From positions 128,001 through 192,000 of the forward strand of contig CAWGJT010000010.1 in assembly GCA_963822965.1 (NCBI GenBank): DNA of 64,000 bases, read 5' to 3'. The DNA is from an uncultured delta proteobacterium. GTDB taxonomy: Bacteria > Myxococcota_A > UBA9160 > UBA4427. Numbering within the stretch: position 1 is the stretch's first letter; each line of letters starts with the position of its first letter. The notes under the pieces were generated by a model, which saw only the letters and a program-made list of their open reading frames with translations, searched no databases and was not told where the DNA came from. Shown one piece after another: positions 49,244 to 59,500 of the stretch. The position numbers and the translations under genes are program-made.

Positions 49244-50125
49244 TCAGGTGGGCTCCCCGGGCTGCTTCAGGATCAGCACCGAGCACGGTGCGTGGCGCAG
49301 GGTCTTCTCGGCGACGCTGCCGAGCACCCAACGTTCCAGGCCCCGCCGCGACGACGTGCCCGTGATGACGAGGCTCGCGTTGGTCTTGCGGGCCTGGTCG
49401 CAGAGGGCGGCGGCGCCCGGCTCGAGACGCACCACGCTGCCCACGCCATCGCCGAGGTCGCGGGCCAGCTGCGTGAGATGCGCGACGGCTTCGTCCCGCG
49501 CTGAATCGATCAGCGAAGGCGGCATCGAGTAGGACGTGTTGGCCGCGATGCCGGTCAGGATGTCGATGCCGTGCACCAGCACCAGCCGGGCTTCCAGGGC
49601 CCGCGCCACGTCGGCGGCGACCTGGCGGCTCTCGTCCGGCGAGAAGTCCTCGCCGTAGAGGACCGTGCCGCCCGGTGCCAGCAGGGAGCCGGAGCGCACC
49701 AGCAGGGTCGAGCGCGGGCAGATGCGCGCGATCTTCTCCGCCACGCTGCCGAGCAGCAGGGCCGTGATGCCGCTGCGGCCGTGGGTGCCGAGCACGACCC
49801 AGTCGGCGTCGGTCTCCTCGGCCAGGCTCGCCACGGAGGATTCCGGTCGACCGCTCTCCAGGTGGGAGTGGCACTCGACGCCGCGTGCGCTCCCACGCTC
49901 GACCAGGGCCGCGAGCCCGGTCTGGGCCACCTGCCGCTCGCGCTCCACGTAGTGGGACAGCAGCGCCTGGCCGCTGGGCGCCAACACGTGGGACGCCTCC
50001 GGGTGGACGTGCACCCAGTCGATGCGCGACTTCCAGCGGGCCGCCAGGTCGATCGCCGTGTCCGCGGCCCGTTCGGAGCCGGCGGAGAAATCGGTGGCGA
50101 CGAGCAGTCGTCTCGGCGGGATCAT
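49244..50125 (-). CDS. Universal stress protein (tandem UspA domains)
   Basis: LVATDFS, GTHGRSG..LLGSVAE; second domain LGSVAEKTLRHAPCSVL. Confidence 0.92.
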   Translation of the reverse strand: MIPPRRLLVATDFSAGSERAADTAIDLAARWKSRIDWVHVHPEASHVLAPSGQALLSHYVERERQVAQTGLAALVERGSARGVECHSHLESGRPESSVASLAEETDADWVVLGTHGRSGITALLLGSVAEKIARICPRSTLLVRSGSLLAPGGTVLYGEDFSPDESRQVAADVARALEARLVLVHGIDILTGIAANTSYSMPPSLIDSARDEAVAHLTQLARDLGDGVGSVVRLEPGAAALCDQARKTNASLVITGTSSRRGLERWVLGSVAEKTLRHAPCSVLILKQPGEPT

Positions 50126-50304
50126 GCGGTCTCCTCGGCTTCCGGGGCCGTCGGGATCGGCCTTGCAGCGGTCGTGCCGCCCCGTCCGGGCGTGTACGCC
50201 AGGAGGGGAGCATCGGCGAGGCCCATCGCCGCACGCAAGGGGCGGCGCAAGGGGCGGAATGACACTGTGCCTCGAGGCGGAGGCGGGTCCGGCATGGGGC
50301 GACT

Positions 50305-51975
50305 CTACTCGAGGCCGACGATGCGGCCGTCGACGACGTCGATCCGCTGGGCGAGGGGGGCCGTCGGCAGCCCGGGCATGCGCACGATGTCGCCGGTGAG
50401 CACCACCAGGAACCCCGCGCCCGCGTTGATCTGGAGCTCGCGCACGGTGATGTCGAAATCGCGCGGGCGACCGCGCCGCTTCGGATCGTCGCTGAGGGAG
50501 CCCGGCACCTTCGCGAGACAGACCGGCAGGTTCGCGTAGCCCAGGCGCTCGATCTCCCGCAGGTCGCGCCGCGCGTTCTTCGTGAAGACGACGTTGCTCG
50601 CGCCGTACATCTTGCGGGCGACGGCCTCGATCTTGGCCGGCACCGGGTCCTCGGGTGCATAGAGCGGGCGGAACGGCTCGCGGCGAGACTCCGCGTGGGC
50701 CACCAGGGTGCGCGCGAGATCCTCTGCGCCGGCGCCGCCCCGGCTGTGGTGGTCGCTCACCGCGCACGGCGTCTGCAGCGCCTCGCAGGCGCGCTGTACC
50801 ACCGCGATCTCGTCGTCGTGGTCGTTCGTGAAGCGGTTGATGGCGACCACCGGTCGCTCGCCGAAGGTGCGGATGTTCTCGACGTGCTTCTCGAGGTTCG
50901 GCAGGCCGCGCGAGACGGCCTCGGCGTCGGGCTTCGCGAGGTCGTGGAGGGCGACTCCGCCGTGCAGCTTCAGGGCCCGGACGGTGGCCACGAGTACGAC
51001 GGCCGCCGGGTCGAGTCCCGCGCTCGTGCACTTGATGTCGAAGAACTTCTCCGCGCCGAGGTCGAATCCGAAGCCCGCCTCGGTCACGGTCCAGTCGGCG
51101 TGGTGCATCGCCATGCGGGTCGCGAGGACGGAGCTGCAGCCGTGGGCGATGTTCGCGAACGGACCGCCGTGGACGAGGGCCGGCGTGCCCTCGAGGGTCT
51201 GCACCAGATTCGGCTCGAGGGCGTCCTGCAGCAGGGCGAGCATGGCGCCGGTGGCGCCGAGCTGGTCGGCGCGCACCGGGTTGCCCCGGCGGTCGAAGGC
51301 AACCAGGGTGCGGGCGAGGCGCGCCCGCAGGTCGTCCGGGCCCTCGGCCAGGCACAGCATCGCCATCACCTCCGACGCCGCGGTGATGTCGAAGCCGGTC
51401 TCGCGGGGTACGCCCTGGGTCGGGCCGCCGAGCCCCACGATCACCCGGCGCAACGCCCGGTCGTTCATGTCCAGCACGCGCCGCCACAGCACCCGCTGCG
51501 GGTCGAGGTCGAGCGCGTTGCCGTGGTAGAGGTGATTGTCGAGGAGCGCGGCGAGCAAGTTGTGGGCGGAGGTGATGGCGTGGAAGTCGCCCGTGAAGTG
51601 CAGGTTCAGCCGCTCCATGGGCAGGAGCTGCGAGCGACCGCCACCCGTGGCGCCGCCCTTCAGTCCGAAGACCGGCCCCATCGAGGGCTCGCGCAGCGCC
51701 AGGCACGCCGAGACGCCGATGCGCGCGAGTCCCTGGGCGAGGCCGATGCTCGTGGTGGTCTTGCCCTCGCCGGCTGGCGTGGGTGTGATGGCGGACACCA
51801 GCACGAGACGGCTCGGCCCTGGCCGGCGTCGCGGCCTTGCGAGCAGCGAGAGCGGCAGCTTGGCGACGTCCGATCCGAACAGACGCAGCGATTCGGCGTC
51901 CAGCCCCAGGTCGGCGGCCACGTCGTGGATGGGACGGGGCCGGGCGGCCTGGGCGATCTCCACGTCGGTGGGCAT
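50305..51975 (-). CDS. fhs: Formate--tetrahydrofolate ligase
   Basis: PTPAGEGKTTT, GLKGGATGGG, HGGPFANIAHG, TEAGFG, MPGLP. Confidence 0.97.
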   Translation of the reverse strand: MPTDVEIAQAARPRPIHDVAADLGLDAESLRLFGSDVAKLPLSLLARPRRRPGPSRLVLVSAITPTPAGEGKTTTSIGLAQGLARIGVSACLALREPSMGPVFGLKGGATGGGRSQLLPMERLNLHFTGDFHAITSAHNLLAALLDNHLYHGNALDLDPQRVLWRRVLDMNDRALRRVIVGLGGPTQGVPRETGFDITAASEVMAMLCLAEGPDDLRARLARTLVAFDRRGNPVRADQLGATGAMLALLQDALEPNLVQTLEGTPALVHGGPFANIAHGCSSVLATRMAMHHADWTVTEAGFGFDLGAEKFFDIKCTSAGLDPAAVVLVATVRALKLHGGVALHDLAKPDAEAVSRGLPNLEKHVENIRTFGERPVVAINRFTNDHDDEIAVVQRACEALQTPCAVSDHHSRGGAGAEDLARTLVAHAESRREPFRPLYAPEDPVPAKIEAVARKMYGASNVVFTKNARRDLREIERLGYANLPVCLAKVPGSLSDDPKRRGRPRDFDITVRELQINAGAGFLVVLTGDIVRMPGLPTAPLAQRIDVVDGRIVGLE

Positions 51976-52180
51976 CGACGCATCCTACTTCGCACCAGCG
52001 GCCTTTGCGATGAGGGGGTCGAGAGGCGACGAGGGCGTGGGGATCCGGCAGCGCCGGCGTTCAAGTGTCCCCGGCGGCGTGCCGATGCAGCCCGGTGGCC
52101 CGCCGCCTCGTCGTGGCTGCGCGAAGCGTTGCGCAGCCGGGATGCAGCTTGGACGCGGCGGGGAGCGGCCTGCAACCGGA

Positions 52181-52963
52181 GTGGACGAAAACGTGTCGGC
52201 AGCGCCCAGAGATGCGTCGGAACTGCAGCAGGGCATCATCCTGCGGCTCGATCACGGCCTCGCGCGCACGCTGGATCACGAGGCGCAGCTCAAGCAGTGC
52301 GTGGACCACCTCGAGAACCCCGAGGTGCTCGGCCACGAGCTGCGGCAGTCCTGGCTCGCGCTCGAGCGGGGCTTCCAGGCCGGCGGCGCGGCCGTCCGGA
52401 CCGAAGGCTCAGCGGCCGCCGGCTCTCGCGAGGACACCGACGTCCTGGAGCTGGAGCACTTCTACCCGGGCCGAGAGGTCGAGGTGGCGGCTCCGGACGT
52501 GCACTTCTTCGAGTGTCTCGCGAGCAATCTCCAGCCCGTGGCGCGGACGGTGGCGGAGCCGGACTTCGACGGTCTCGACTACGTGGGCGTCGTCCAGGTG
52601 AACACGGCTCACGGCGTTCTCGGCACGATCGAATCGAAGCAGGACGACAGCCCGTATCTGCTCCTGCTGCGCGCTCTCTGCGGCTTCGTGGAGCTGGCCG
52701 CGGCGCTCCGGTGCGGCCGACTGGCCGACGCGGACCTGGCCGGCGCCCTCGGCGACGAGACGCGCTTCGACCTGCACCTCGTCCTGGCGGCGCCCGTGGA
52801 TCGAAATGCTCCTCTGCACCAGCTCACGCGCGATCTGGCCGAGAGCGTCAAGCGCGCCGCGCTCGAGATGAAGACCCCTTCGCTGCCCCTCGGCGACATC
52901 CTGTGCCTGAGCATGGACCTGGCCGAGTTCTCGGGCCGCCTCGAACACGAGTGGAGCGTGTGA
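52181..52963 (+). CDS. Hypothetical protein
   Basis: Open frame with genome-like codon usage; GTGA overlap with the downstream response regulator; start uncertain. Confidence 0.6.
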   Translation: MDENVSAAPRDASELQQGIILRLDHGLARTLDHEAQLKQCVDHLENPEVLGHELRQSWLALERGFQAGGAAVRTEGSAAAGSREDTDVLELEHFYPGREVEVAAPDVHFFECLASNLQPVARTVAEPDFDGLDYVGVVQVNTAHGVLGTIESKQDDSPYLLLLRALCGFVELAAALRCGRLADADLAGALGDETRFDLHLVLAAPVDRNAPLHQLTRDLAESVKRAALEMKTPSLPLGDILCLSMDLAEFSGRLEHEWSV

Positions 52964-54887
52964 GCCGGACCGTCCTCTGCATCGACGGCGACCGCGCCCT
53001 GGCGGACGTCCTCGAGGCTGGTGCGCCGGCGGACGAGCTCCGCGTGCTGCATGCCAGAGATCCGGAGGAGGCCCTCCGGCGGGTCGCCGCGGATCGCCCC
53101 GATCTCGTGCTGCTCGAGCTCGCCCTCACAGGCGCCGACGGTCTCGACCTCGTCGAGCGGATCCGGGGGCAGGACGAGGGCTCGGCGATGCTTCCGGTGG
53201 TGGTCGTCTCGAAGCAGGAGCGAACCCCGGAGCTCTTCGCTCGGGCGGTGCAGCTCGGCGTGGAGGAGATCCTCACCGAGCCGATCTCCCGGGCGCAGCT
53301 CGTCGAGTGCGTGCGCGAGAGCCTCGACCGCCGGAAGGCCGTCCTGCCCGCCGACCTCACCGTCGAGGGCCCCTCGGAGGAAGGGCTCAGCGCGGGCAAG
53401 CTGGACGACCTGCCGCTTCCCGAGGTGCTGCAGCGCCTGCACCAGCAGGGGCGCAGCGGCGTCCTGATCGTCGGCGACGCCCAGGAGCGGACGGGCATCC
53501 AGATCCGCAACGGCTCGCCGGTGGCCGTCGGGCTGAACGGGAGCGAGACGATCGAGGACTACCTGGTCCGGACCGAACGCATCACCGCGGTCGACCGCGA
53601 CCGGGCCCAGAACGAGCTCTCCCTGGGGCTCTCGGCCGCCGAGGACGTCCTGCTCGGCATGGGCGTGATCGACGAGGCGGGCTTCGAGGAGGCCGTCCGG
53701 GAGCGGGCCGAGGAGGCGCTCTTCGGGCTCTTCGAGCGCGAGCGGGGGCGCTACCGGTTCGAGCGAGGGCGGCGCCTCAAGAGCGAGAAGTCCGTGGACA
53801 TCCATCGCTCCGCCCGCAGCATCATCGTGCGCGGCGTGCTCGCCCGTTCTTCGATGGCGACGGTGCGGGCGGCTCTCGAACGCTACGCGGACCTGTACGC
53901 CGTGGGAAGTCCGAGACGGCTCGCGGCCGACGACGTGCCGTGCTCACCCGCCCAGCGGGAGTTCATTGCGAGCCTGGGGGGCGATCGCGCGGTGGGCGAG
54001 TTCCTCGACGCCAGCGAGTTCGAGCAGCGGACCCTCTATGCGTTCGCGATCGTCGGTGCGATCGACCTGTGCATGCTGCTCCTCGAGGACGTGCTCGAAG
54101 AGGCACCTGCCGCGGTCGATACGACCGGGACGAACGAGACGGCCGAGACCGCCGAGACGAGCGCGAGACCGCCGAGACGAACGAGACCGCCGAGCCGACC
54201 GGGGGCGCCGGCGGCGCGGGCGAGGCGCGGCCGCCCGCGGACGACGCGTCGCCGGCGCAGCGGGCGCCCGGCGAAGGGCGCGCCGAGTACGAGCGGCGGC
54301 TGGCGGTGCTTCCCTTCGCGAGCCTGCGGCAGGACGCCAGCGAGCTCGAGGCCCTGACGCGCCGGGTGAAGACGCGCCTGGCCCGCACGCTCGGCAACCG
54401 TCTCATCGACGACCCGGACGACACCCAGACCCTCCCCGGCGTCGACGCCGACCTCGGCGACTCCGCCTCGCGCGCCCTCGACGCGGAGACCTGGTTCCGA
54501 AAGGGCCAGGACTTCCTGAAGAGCCGCAAGTACTCCGAAGCCGTCGAGGCCTTCGGCATGTCGGCTCATCTCGACCCGCGGGAGGGCGAGTACGTGGCGC
54601 ACCTGGGCTACGCGCTCTATCTGTCGAAGCCCGACGACGAGCTGGTGCGCAAGGAGGCGCTCGAGGACATCGCGCGGGGCGTCAAGCTCTCGCCCGACCG
54701 CGAAACGTCGTACGTCTTCATGGGGCGCATCTTCAAGGTGATGGGCGACATCGAGGTGGCGCGCAAGATGTTCTCCCGGGCCCTCGTGATCCGGCCCCAC
54801 TGCCGCGAGGCGTCCCAGGAGCTTCGGCTCATCGAGATGCGCGAGAGGAAGACCGGCGGCTTCCTCTCGCGCCTGCGCTCGCGCTGA
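52960..54887 (+). CDS. Receiver + DUF4388-like + TPR protein (frameshift near 54163)
   Basis: REC (TVLCIDGD..PDLVLLE); GKLDDLPLPEVLQRLHQQGRSGVL (DUF4388); TPR C-terminus in the second frame after a short ETAET repeat. Confidence 0.8.
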
Positions 54888-55238
54888 CCGCCGTCGGCGC
54901 TCCGCGGAGGACCGAGAGGGAATCCGCGCGAGCTGCTCGCCGCGGCGGGTGAGGCCCCGGGGCGGATGCAGCGCCCGCCTGGGTCGTCCAGCATGCACCC
55001 CGGAGACGGGGCAGCTTCTCTCCAGAAACCGTAATTCGCTTGAGGGGATAGCTCCGCATCCCTCAGGCGAAGCCTCACTGCAGCCGAGAGGTCTCGCCCG
55101 GGGCCCCGGTGACCCGGCCGCCGGAGGCGAGCGCCGGAGGCCACGTTCGTGGTACATGGAGAAACCCCGGGCGAGCGTGGCCCGCGTGAGCCGGCGGAAG
55201 ACGCGGGAAGTGGCGACGACAGGAGGAGTGAGCGCGAG

Positions 55239-55547
55239 ATGGCAGGTTGGCAGGATGCGCTGATCACGCTCCACAGCCGGGGCTGGGACGCGGACGACAT
55301 CGACGCTGCGGCCGAAGCGGTGTGCGAGGCGTGCGCAGAAGGCATGTTCGAAGGGATGGAGATCCTCGACCTGCAGCACGAGGACGTGGAGGCCATCCTG
55401 GACGACGAGTATCCGGAGGAGGAGATCGCGGCCCTGCTGGAGCTGGCCGACCAGCGTGCGCGCGACGACTCCGAATCCGTGGCGCTCTCGCGCGCGCTCT
55501 ACGATCTCGACGCCTTCGCCTACGAGTACGCGCAGGAGGAGGGCTGA
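55239..55547 (+). CDS. Small acidic hypothetical protein
   Basis: AGGAGG RBS; Asp/Glu-rich helical sequence with CEAC; stop 14 bp before the amidase. Confidence 0.65.
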   Translation: MAGWQDALITLHSRGWDADDIDAAAEAVCEACAEGMFEGMEILDLQHEDVEAILDDEYPEEEIAALLELADQRARDDSESVALSRALYDLDAFAYEYAQEEG

Positions 55548-55561
55548 GCCCTCTTCGCGCG

Positions 55562-56965
55562 ATGCTCGACGCCTCGGCGCAGGCGGAGCTCGTCGCACGC
55601 GGCGAGGTGTCGCCGTGGGAGCTCGTCGACGAGGCCTGCGCGCGCATCGAACGTCTCGACGGCGGCCTCGGCGCGGTTCCCGTGCGGCTGTTCGACGCCG
55701 CCCGGGAGGCGGCCCGCCGGGTGCCTCGGACCGCCCCCTTCGCCGGCGTTCCATTCCTGATGAAGGACGTGGGGGCCCGGCAGGCCGGACAGCCCTACTA
55801 CGCGGGCAACCGCGCGCTGCAGGCCATCGACCATCGCGCCGAGGAGGACACGATTCTCGGTGCGCGCTTCCGGGAGCTGGGCCTGGTGACGGTGGGCAAC
55901 TCGAGCTCGCCGGAGTTCGGACTGCAATCGAACACCTGGCCCCTGGCCTACGGCCCCACCCGCAACCCCTGGAATCCGGATCGAGCGGCGGGCGGCTCGT
56001 CGGGCGGTGCCTGCGCGGCGGTGGCCGCGGGCCTGGTGTCCGTGGCCCACGCGAGCGACGGCGCGGGGTCGATCCGCATTCCCGCGGCCTGGTGCGGGCT
56101 CGTCGGCCTCAAGCCGTCGCGCGATCGCGTCGACTGGCGTCACGCCGGCAAGGGCCGGGCAGACGTGGAGTTCGTGGTGGCGCGCTCGCTGCGGGACACG
56201 GCGCGCTTCCTCGACCTGCTGCGCCCGCCGGACGCGCGCCGCGCCGCGCCGGATCGCTTCGCGCGCCGGCTCGACGGTCGCTGTCCGCCGCTGCGGGTCG
56301 GCGTGTGCGTGCGCTCGCCCGCCGGCTCGGAGGTCGATCCGGCGGTGCGGGCGGCGACCCGTGCCGCCGCGGACCGCCTCGCCGGGCTCGGGCATCGGGT
56401 CGAGGACGCCGCGCCGGACGCGCTCTTCGAGTATCCGGACCGGGCGCTTCACGGCGCCGTGCTCGGTCCCCTCGGATATCGCGAGTGTCTCGTGGATCTC
56501 GAGGAGCGACTCGGACGCCCGGTCGCGTCCGGAGACGTGGAGCCCTTCCTGTGGGAGCTCGCCACCCACGGTGACGAGGGCGCGACCCCCGACGAGGTGC
56601 GACGCTCGGAGGAGTGGCTGGTGCGCTGGACGACCCGGGTGCTCGCCTGGTTCGACGACTTCGACCTGCTCGTGACCCCGACGGTCCACGAGCTGGCGCC
56701 GCCGCTCGCGTCCCTCGACCCCCACGCCCTGGCGCCGCTCGCGCTGCTCGACCGCATGGTGCCGCACATGGCCTTCACCGAGCCCTGGAACGCCACCGGA
56801 CAGCCTGCCATCTCGCTTCCGCTGAGCTTCTCGCCGGAGGGGCTGCCGGCCGGGGTGCAGCTCGTGGCCGGCTCCGGGCGCGAGGACGTGCTGATCGCGG
56901 TGGCGGCCCGGCTGCTCCACGACGTCGACGAGCGGTCGGCGCGACGGCCCCGCATCCACGCCTGA
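55562..56965 (+). CDS. Amidase signature family protein
   Basis: GVPFLMKD, AGGSSGG, SDGAGSIRIPA, NATGQPAISLP. Confidence 0.95.
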   Translation: MLDASAQAELVARGEVSPWELVDEACARIERLDGGLGAVPVRLFDAAREAARRVPRTAPFAGVPFLMKDVGARQAGQPYYAGNRALQAIDHRAEEDTILGARFRELGLVTVGNSSSPEFGLQSNTWPLAYGPTRNPWNPDRAAGGSSGGACAAVAAGLVSVAHASDGAGSIRIPAAWCGLVGLKPSRDRVDWRHAGKGRADVEFVVARSLRDTARFLDLLRPPDARRAAPDRFARRLDGRCPPLRVGVCVRSPAGSEVDPAVRAATRAAADRLAGLGHRVEDAAPDALFEYPDRALHGAVLGPLGYRECLVDLEERLGRPVASGDVEPFLWELATHGDEGATPDEVRRSEEWLVRWTTRVLAWFDDFDLLVTPTVHELAPPLASLDPHALAPLALLDRMVPHMAFTEPWNATGQPAISLPLSFSPEGLPAGVQLVAGSGREDVLIAVAARLLHDVDERSARRPRIHA

Positions 56966-57023
56966 AGCCGGGAACGACGGTCGGCGCGGCCGAGAGCGGC
57001 CGCGCCCGCCCGGCACCACCGCT

Positions 57024-58172
57024 TCAGGCGGCCGCGAAGCGTCGGCGCACGGCGGCCTCTCCCGCCGCGGTCCGCAGTACCCGGTTCCAGTGGGAGAGCC
57101 GATCGGCGGGCGGGTCTCCCGGTGCCGGTGCCGCTTCGGGGAACCAGCGTGCCAGCTCCCCGTAGTAGGCGTCGTCGTGCTCCGCGTACCAGCTCTGCAG
57201 AACGTCGGCCCCGACGGCGTGCTCGCCCGCCTCGGAGAAGGCCCAGAAGGAGTTTTGCGTCTCGGGGCGCAGGTCTGCGGTGAGTCGCGTCCAGAGTCCG
57301 CTCTTCGACTGCAAGGAGTCCGTCGCGCACTCGCCGTCGCCCACGTCGCGGAACACGAGCCGCCCGGTGGGGCAGGCGTTCCGCCCCAGCTGGATCAGCA
57401 CGTTCTGTGGGTTCGGCGTCTCGTACCAGAGACCGTAGCGTGCGAAGAGCTCGGCCTTGCAGCGCCCCACCGGCGCGGCGAAGTGGCGTGCCCAGAATCG
57501 GTCGAAGGGTTCACCCTGGCGCCGGGCGATCTGGCGCCCGACGAAGGGAAGGGAGAGGGCGGGCAGGTAGTAGTGGCCGTCCTGGAAGAGCCGCAGGTCG
57601 CGCACCATGAAGCCCGTCTCGCCTCCGAGCTGCATCACGACGAGGATCTCCAGGACGAGCCGATAGGCGGCCGACTCGCCCAGCTGCGCATCGACGCGCG
57701 AGATCAGATCGACCCACTCGACGGCGCCCACGGCCTCCTCGCGCAGCTTCGTCTTCTCGGGCTGCAGGAAATCGGGATGGGGATGGTCGGTGGCGAGCTT
57801 CAGCGAGAAGAGGGAGGCGCCGCTCTCGGGGCCGGGCAGGGCGAGGGTGCGCGACGACGTGAAGCGCGCGGTCCACCGCTCGCGCACCGGGGCGTCGAAC
57901 CACGCCACGCTCGGGTCCCGGTTGAGGGGGTGTCGTGGAAACAGCACCTGGTCGCCGCGCAGGAAGCGCTTCACGATGGCTTCCGGAGCGTGGGGCAGCA
58001 CGTGCATTTCCACCGCGTCGCGCGGGACCGAAACCACCTCCACCTCGACGGGGGACGTGCTCGTCCGGAACCCCAGCAGGTTCGCCTGCTGCTCCCAGTC
58101 GAGCCACTGGGAGACCGGGTCGTCCAGCAGGACCAGGGGCTCGTCCACGTCGAAGGTGCGGATCGGATCCAC
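57024..58172 (-). CDS. IucA/IucC (NIS synthetase)-like hypothetical protein
   Basis: Ordered motifs FPRHP, TSSRT, SLKL, ExPNPQNVL, FRD; GTG start after GGAG. Confidence 0.5.
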   Translation of the reverse strand: MDPIRTFDVDEPLVLLDDPVSQWLDWEQQANLLGFRTSTSPVEVEVVSVPRDAVEMHVLPHAPEAIVKRFLRGDQVLFPRHPLNRDPSVAWFDAPVRERWTARFTSSRTLALPGPESGASLFSLKLATDHPHPDFLQPEKTKLREEAVGAVEWVDLISRVDAQLGESAAYRLVLEILVVMQLGGETGFMVRDLRLFQDGHYYLPALSLPFVGRQIARRQGEPFDRFWARHFAAPVGRCKAELFARYGLWYETPNPQNVLIQLGRNACPTGRLVFRDVGDGECATDSLQSKSGLWTRLTADLRPETQNSFWAFSEAGEHAVGADVLQSWYAEHDDAYYGELARWFPEAAPAPGDPPADRLSHWNRVLRTAAGEAAVRRRFAAA

Positions 58173-58201
58173 GCGTCGCGTCTTCGCTTCTCCGCCGCGG
58201 C

Positions 58202-58483
58202 TCAACCGCGGCTGCGAGCTTCTTCGATCGCCTGGATCAGGACCAGGGCGCGCGCCTCGAGGGCCCGCATGCGTCGCCGCAGGTGCAGTGCGACCTCCAC
58301 GCCCGCCGCGTTGACGCCCAGCTCCTCCATCAACGTGGCAGCCACGCGCAGCTCCTCGGCCTGGCCCGCCTCGAGCTCCTCCTCCTCGAAGAGCCCTTCC
58401 TCGCGCAGGTGCTCGAGCAGGGAGCTGCCGCGGATTCCCAGCACCACGAGCACCTCCTCGGTACGGATCCGGCGGGCCGTCAT
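58202..58483 (-). CDS. cbpM: Chaperone modulator CbpM-like (MerR-type)
   Basis: ELGVNAAGVEVALHL; ATGA overlap with the J-domain gene. Confidence 0.8.
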   Translation of the reverse strand: MTARRIRTEEVLVVLGIRGSSLLEHLREEGLFEEEELEAGQAEELRVAATLMEELGVNAAGVEVALHLRRRMRALEARALVLIQAIEEARSRG

Positions 58484-59457
58484 CGGAGATCCCCGCGCAG
58501 GTCCGGGTCTTCGAAGGGAGCGAGCCGCTCGAGGGCCTCGCGCGCCGCGTCGTCGATCTTCTTCGGCACCCGGATCTGGATGCAGGCGAAGAGATCACCC
58601 GGCGGGCCGCCGGCGGGATCTGGGATGCCCTTGCCGCGCAGGCGCAGGCGCGTGCCGCTGCTGGTGCCGGGGGGCACCGTGAGGGTGACGCGACCCTCGA
58701 GCGTGGGCACTTCCACCTTGGCGCCCAGCATCGCCTCCCGGACGTGCACCGGCACGTCGAGGGACAGGTCTCGCCCCTCGCGCCGGAAGATCGGGTGGGG
58801 TCGCACGCGCAGCTGCACCCACAGGTCGCCTGGCGGGCCGCCGCCGACGCCCGGGGCGCCCTTGCCGGGGACGCGCAGGCGACCGCCCTCGTCCACGCCC
58901 GGCGGAATGCGAACCGTCACGGTCTCCGGGGCCTGTCCGCCGCCCGCGGTCGGTCGTCCCAGGGTGAGGCGCTTCTCGCCACCCCGGGCCGCGTCCACGA
59001 AGTCGAGCTCGAGCTCGGCGTGCAGGTCGGCACCCCCGAATCGCATGCCGGCCGTCCCGCGCGCGCCGCCCGGACCGGTCGTGCGCCCCGAGAAGAACTG
59101 CCCGAGCAGGTCGTCGATGTCGCCGAAGTGGAACTCCTCGCCCTCGGTGGCCTCGGGCCGGGCCCCGCCTCCGAAGCGGGTGCGGAAGGCGTCCCGTCGC
59201 TTGCGGGCCTCCTCGGCGTCGAAGCCGACCTCGAGGGCGATCTCGCCGAACTCGTCGTAGTTGCGACGCCGTTCCGGGTCGCTCAGGATGTCATAGGCGA
59301 CGGAGATCTCCTTGAAGCGCTCCTCGGCGTCGCTGTCCCCGGGATTGACGTCGGGATGGTACTGGCGCGCGAGCTTCCGGTAGCTCTTGCGGAGGGTGTC
59401 CAGGTCGGCGTCGCGCGCGACGCCGAGCAGCTCGTAGGGATCCTTGCGTTCGCTCAT
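58480..59457 (-). CDS. cbpA: DnaJ class II chaperone (CbpA-like)
   Basis: J domain with HPD, G/F region, DnaJ C-terminal domains, no zinc finger. Confidence 0.88.
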   Translation of the reverse strand: MSERKDPYELLGVARDADLDTLRKSYRKLARQYHPDVNPGDSDAEERFKEISVAYDILSDPERRRNYDEFGEIALEVGFDAEEARKRRDAFRTRFGGGARPEATEGEEFHFGDIDDLLGQFFSGRTTGPGGARGTAGMRFGGADLHAELELDFVDAARGGEKRLTLGRPTAGGGQAPETVTVRIPPGVDEGGRLRVPGKGAPGVGGGPPGDLWVQLRVRPHPIFRREGRDLSLDVPVHVREAMLGAKVEVPTLEGRVTLTVPPGTSSGTRLRLRGKGIPDPAGGPPGDLFACIQIRVPKKIDDAAREALERLAPFEDPDLRGDLR

Positions 59458-59500
59458 GACTCTCGTTCGCCGATGGCTCGTTCGCGGATGGCTCGTTCCT

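Noticed and set aside
50305..51975. fhs as evidence of a Wood-Ljungdahl pathway
   Set aside because: Stand-alone gene; no acs/cdh, folD or metF in the window.
54140..54200. Frameshift in the REC/DUF4388/TPR gene as phase variation
   Set aside because: It lies in a short imperfect ETAET repeat, but cannot be distinguished from the sequencing indels seen elsewhere.
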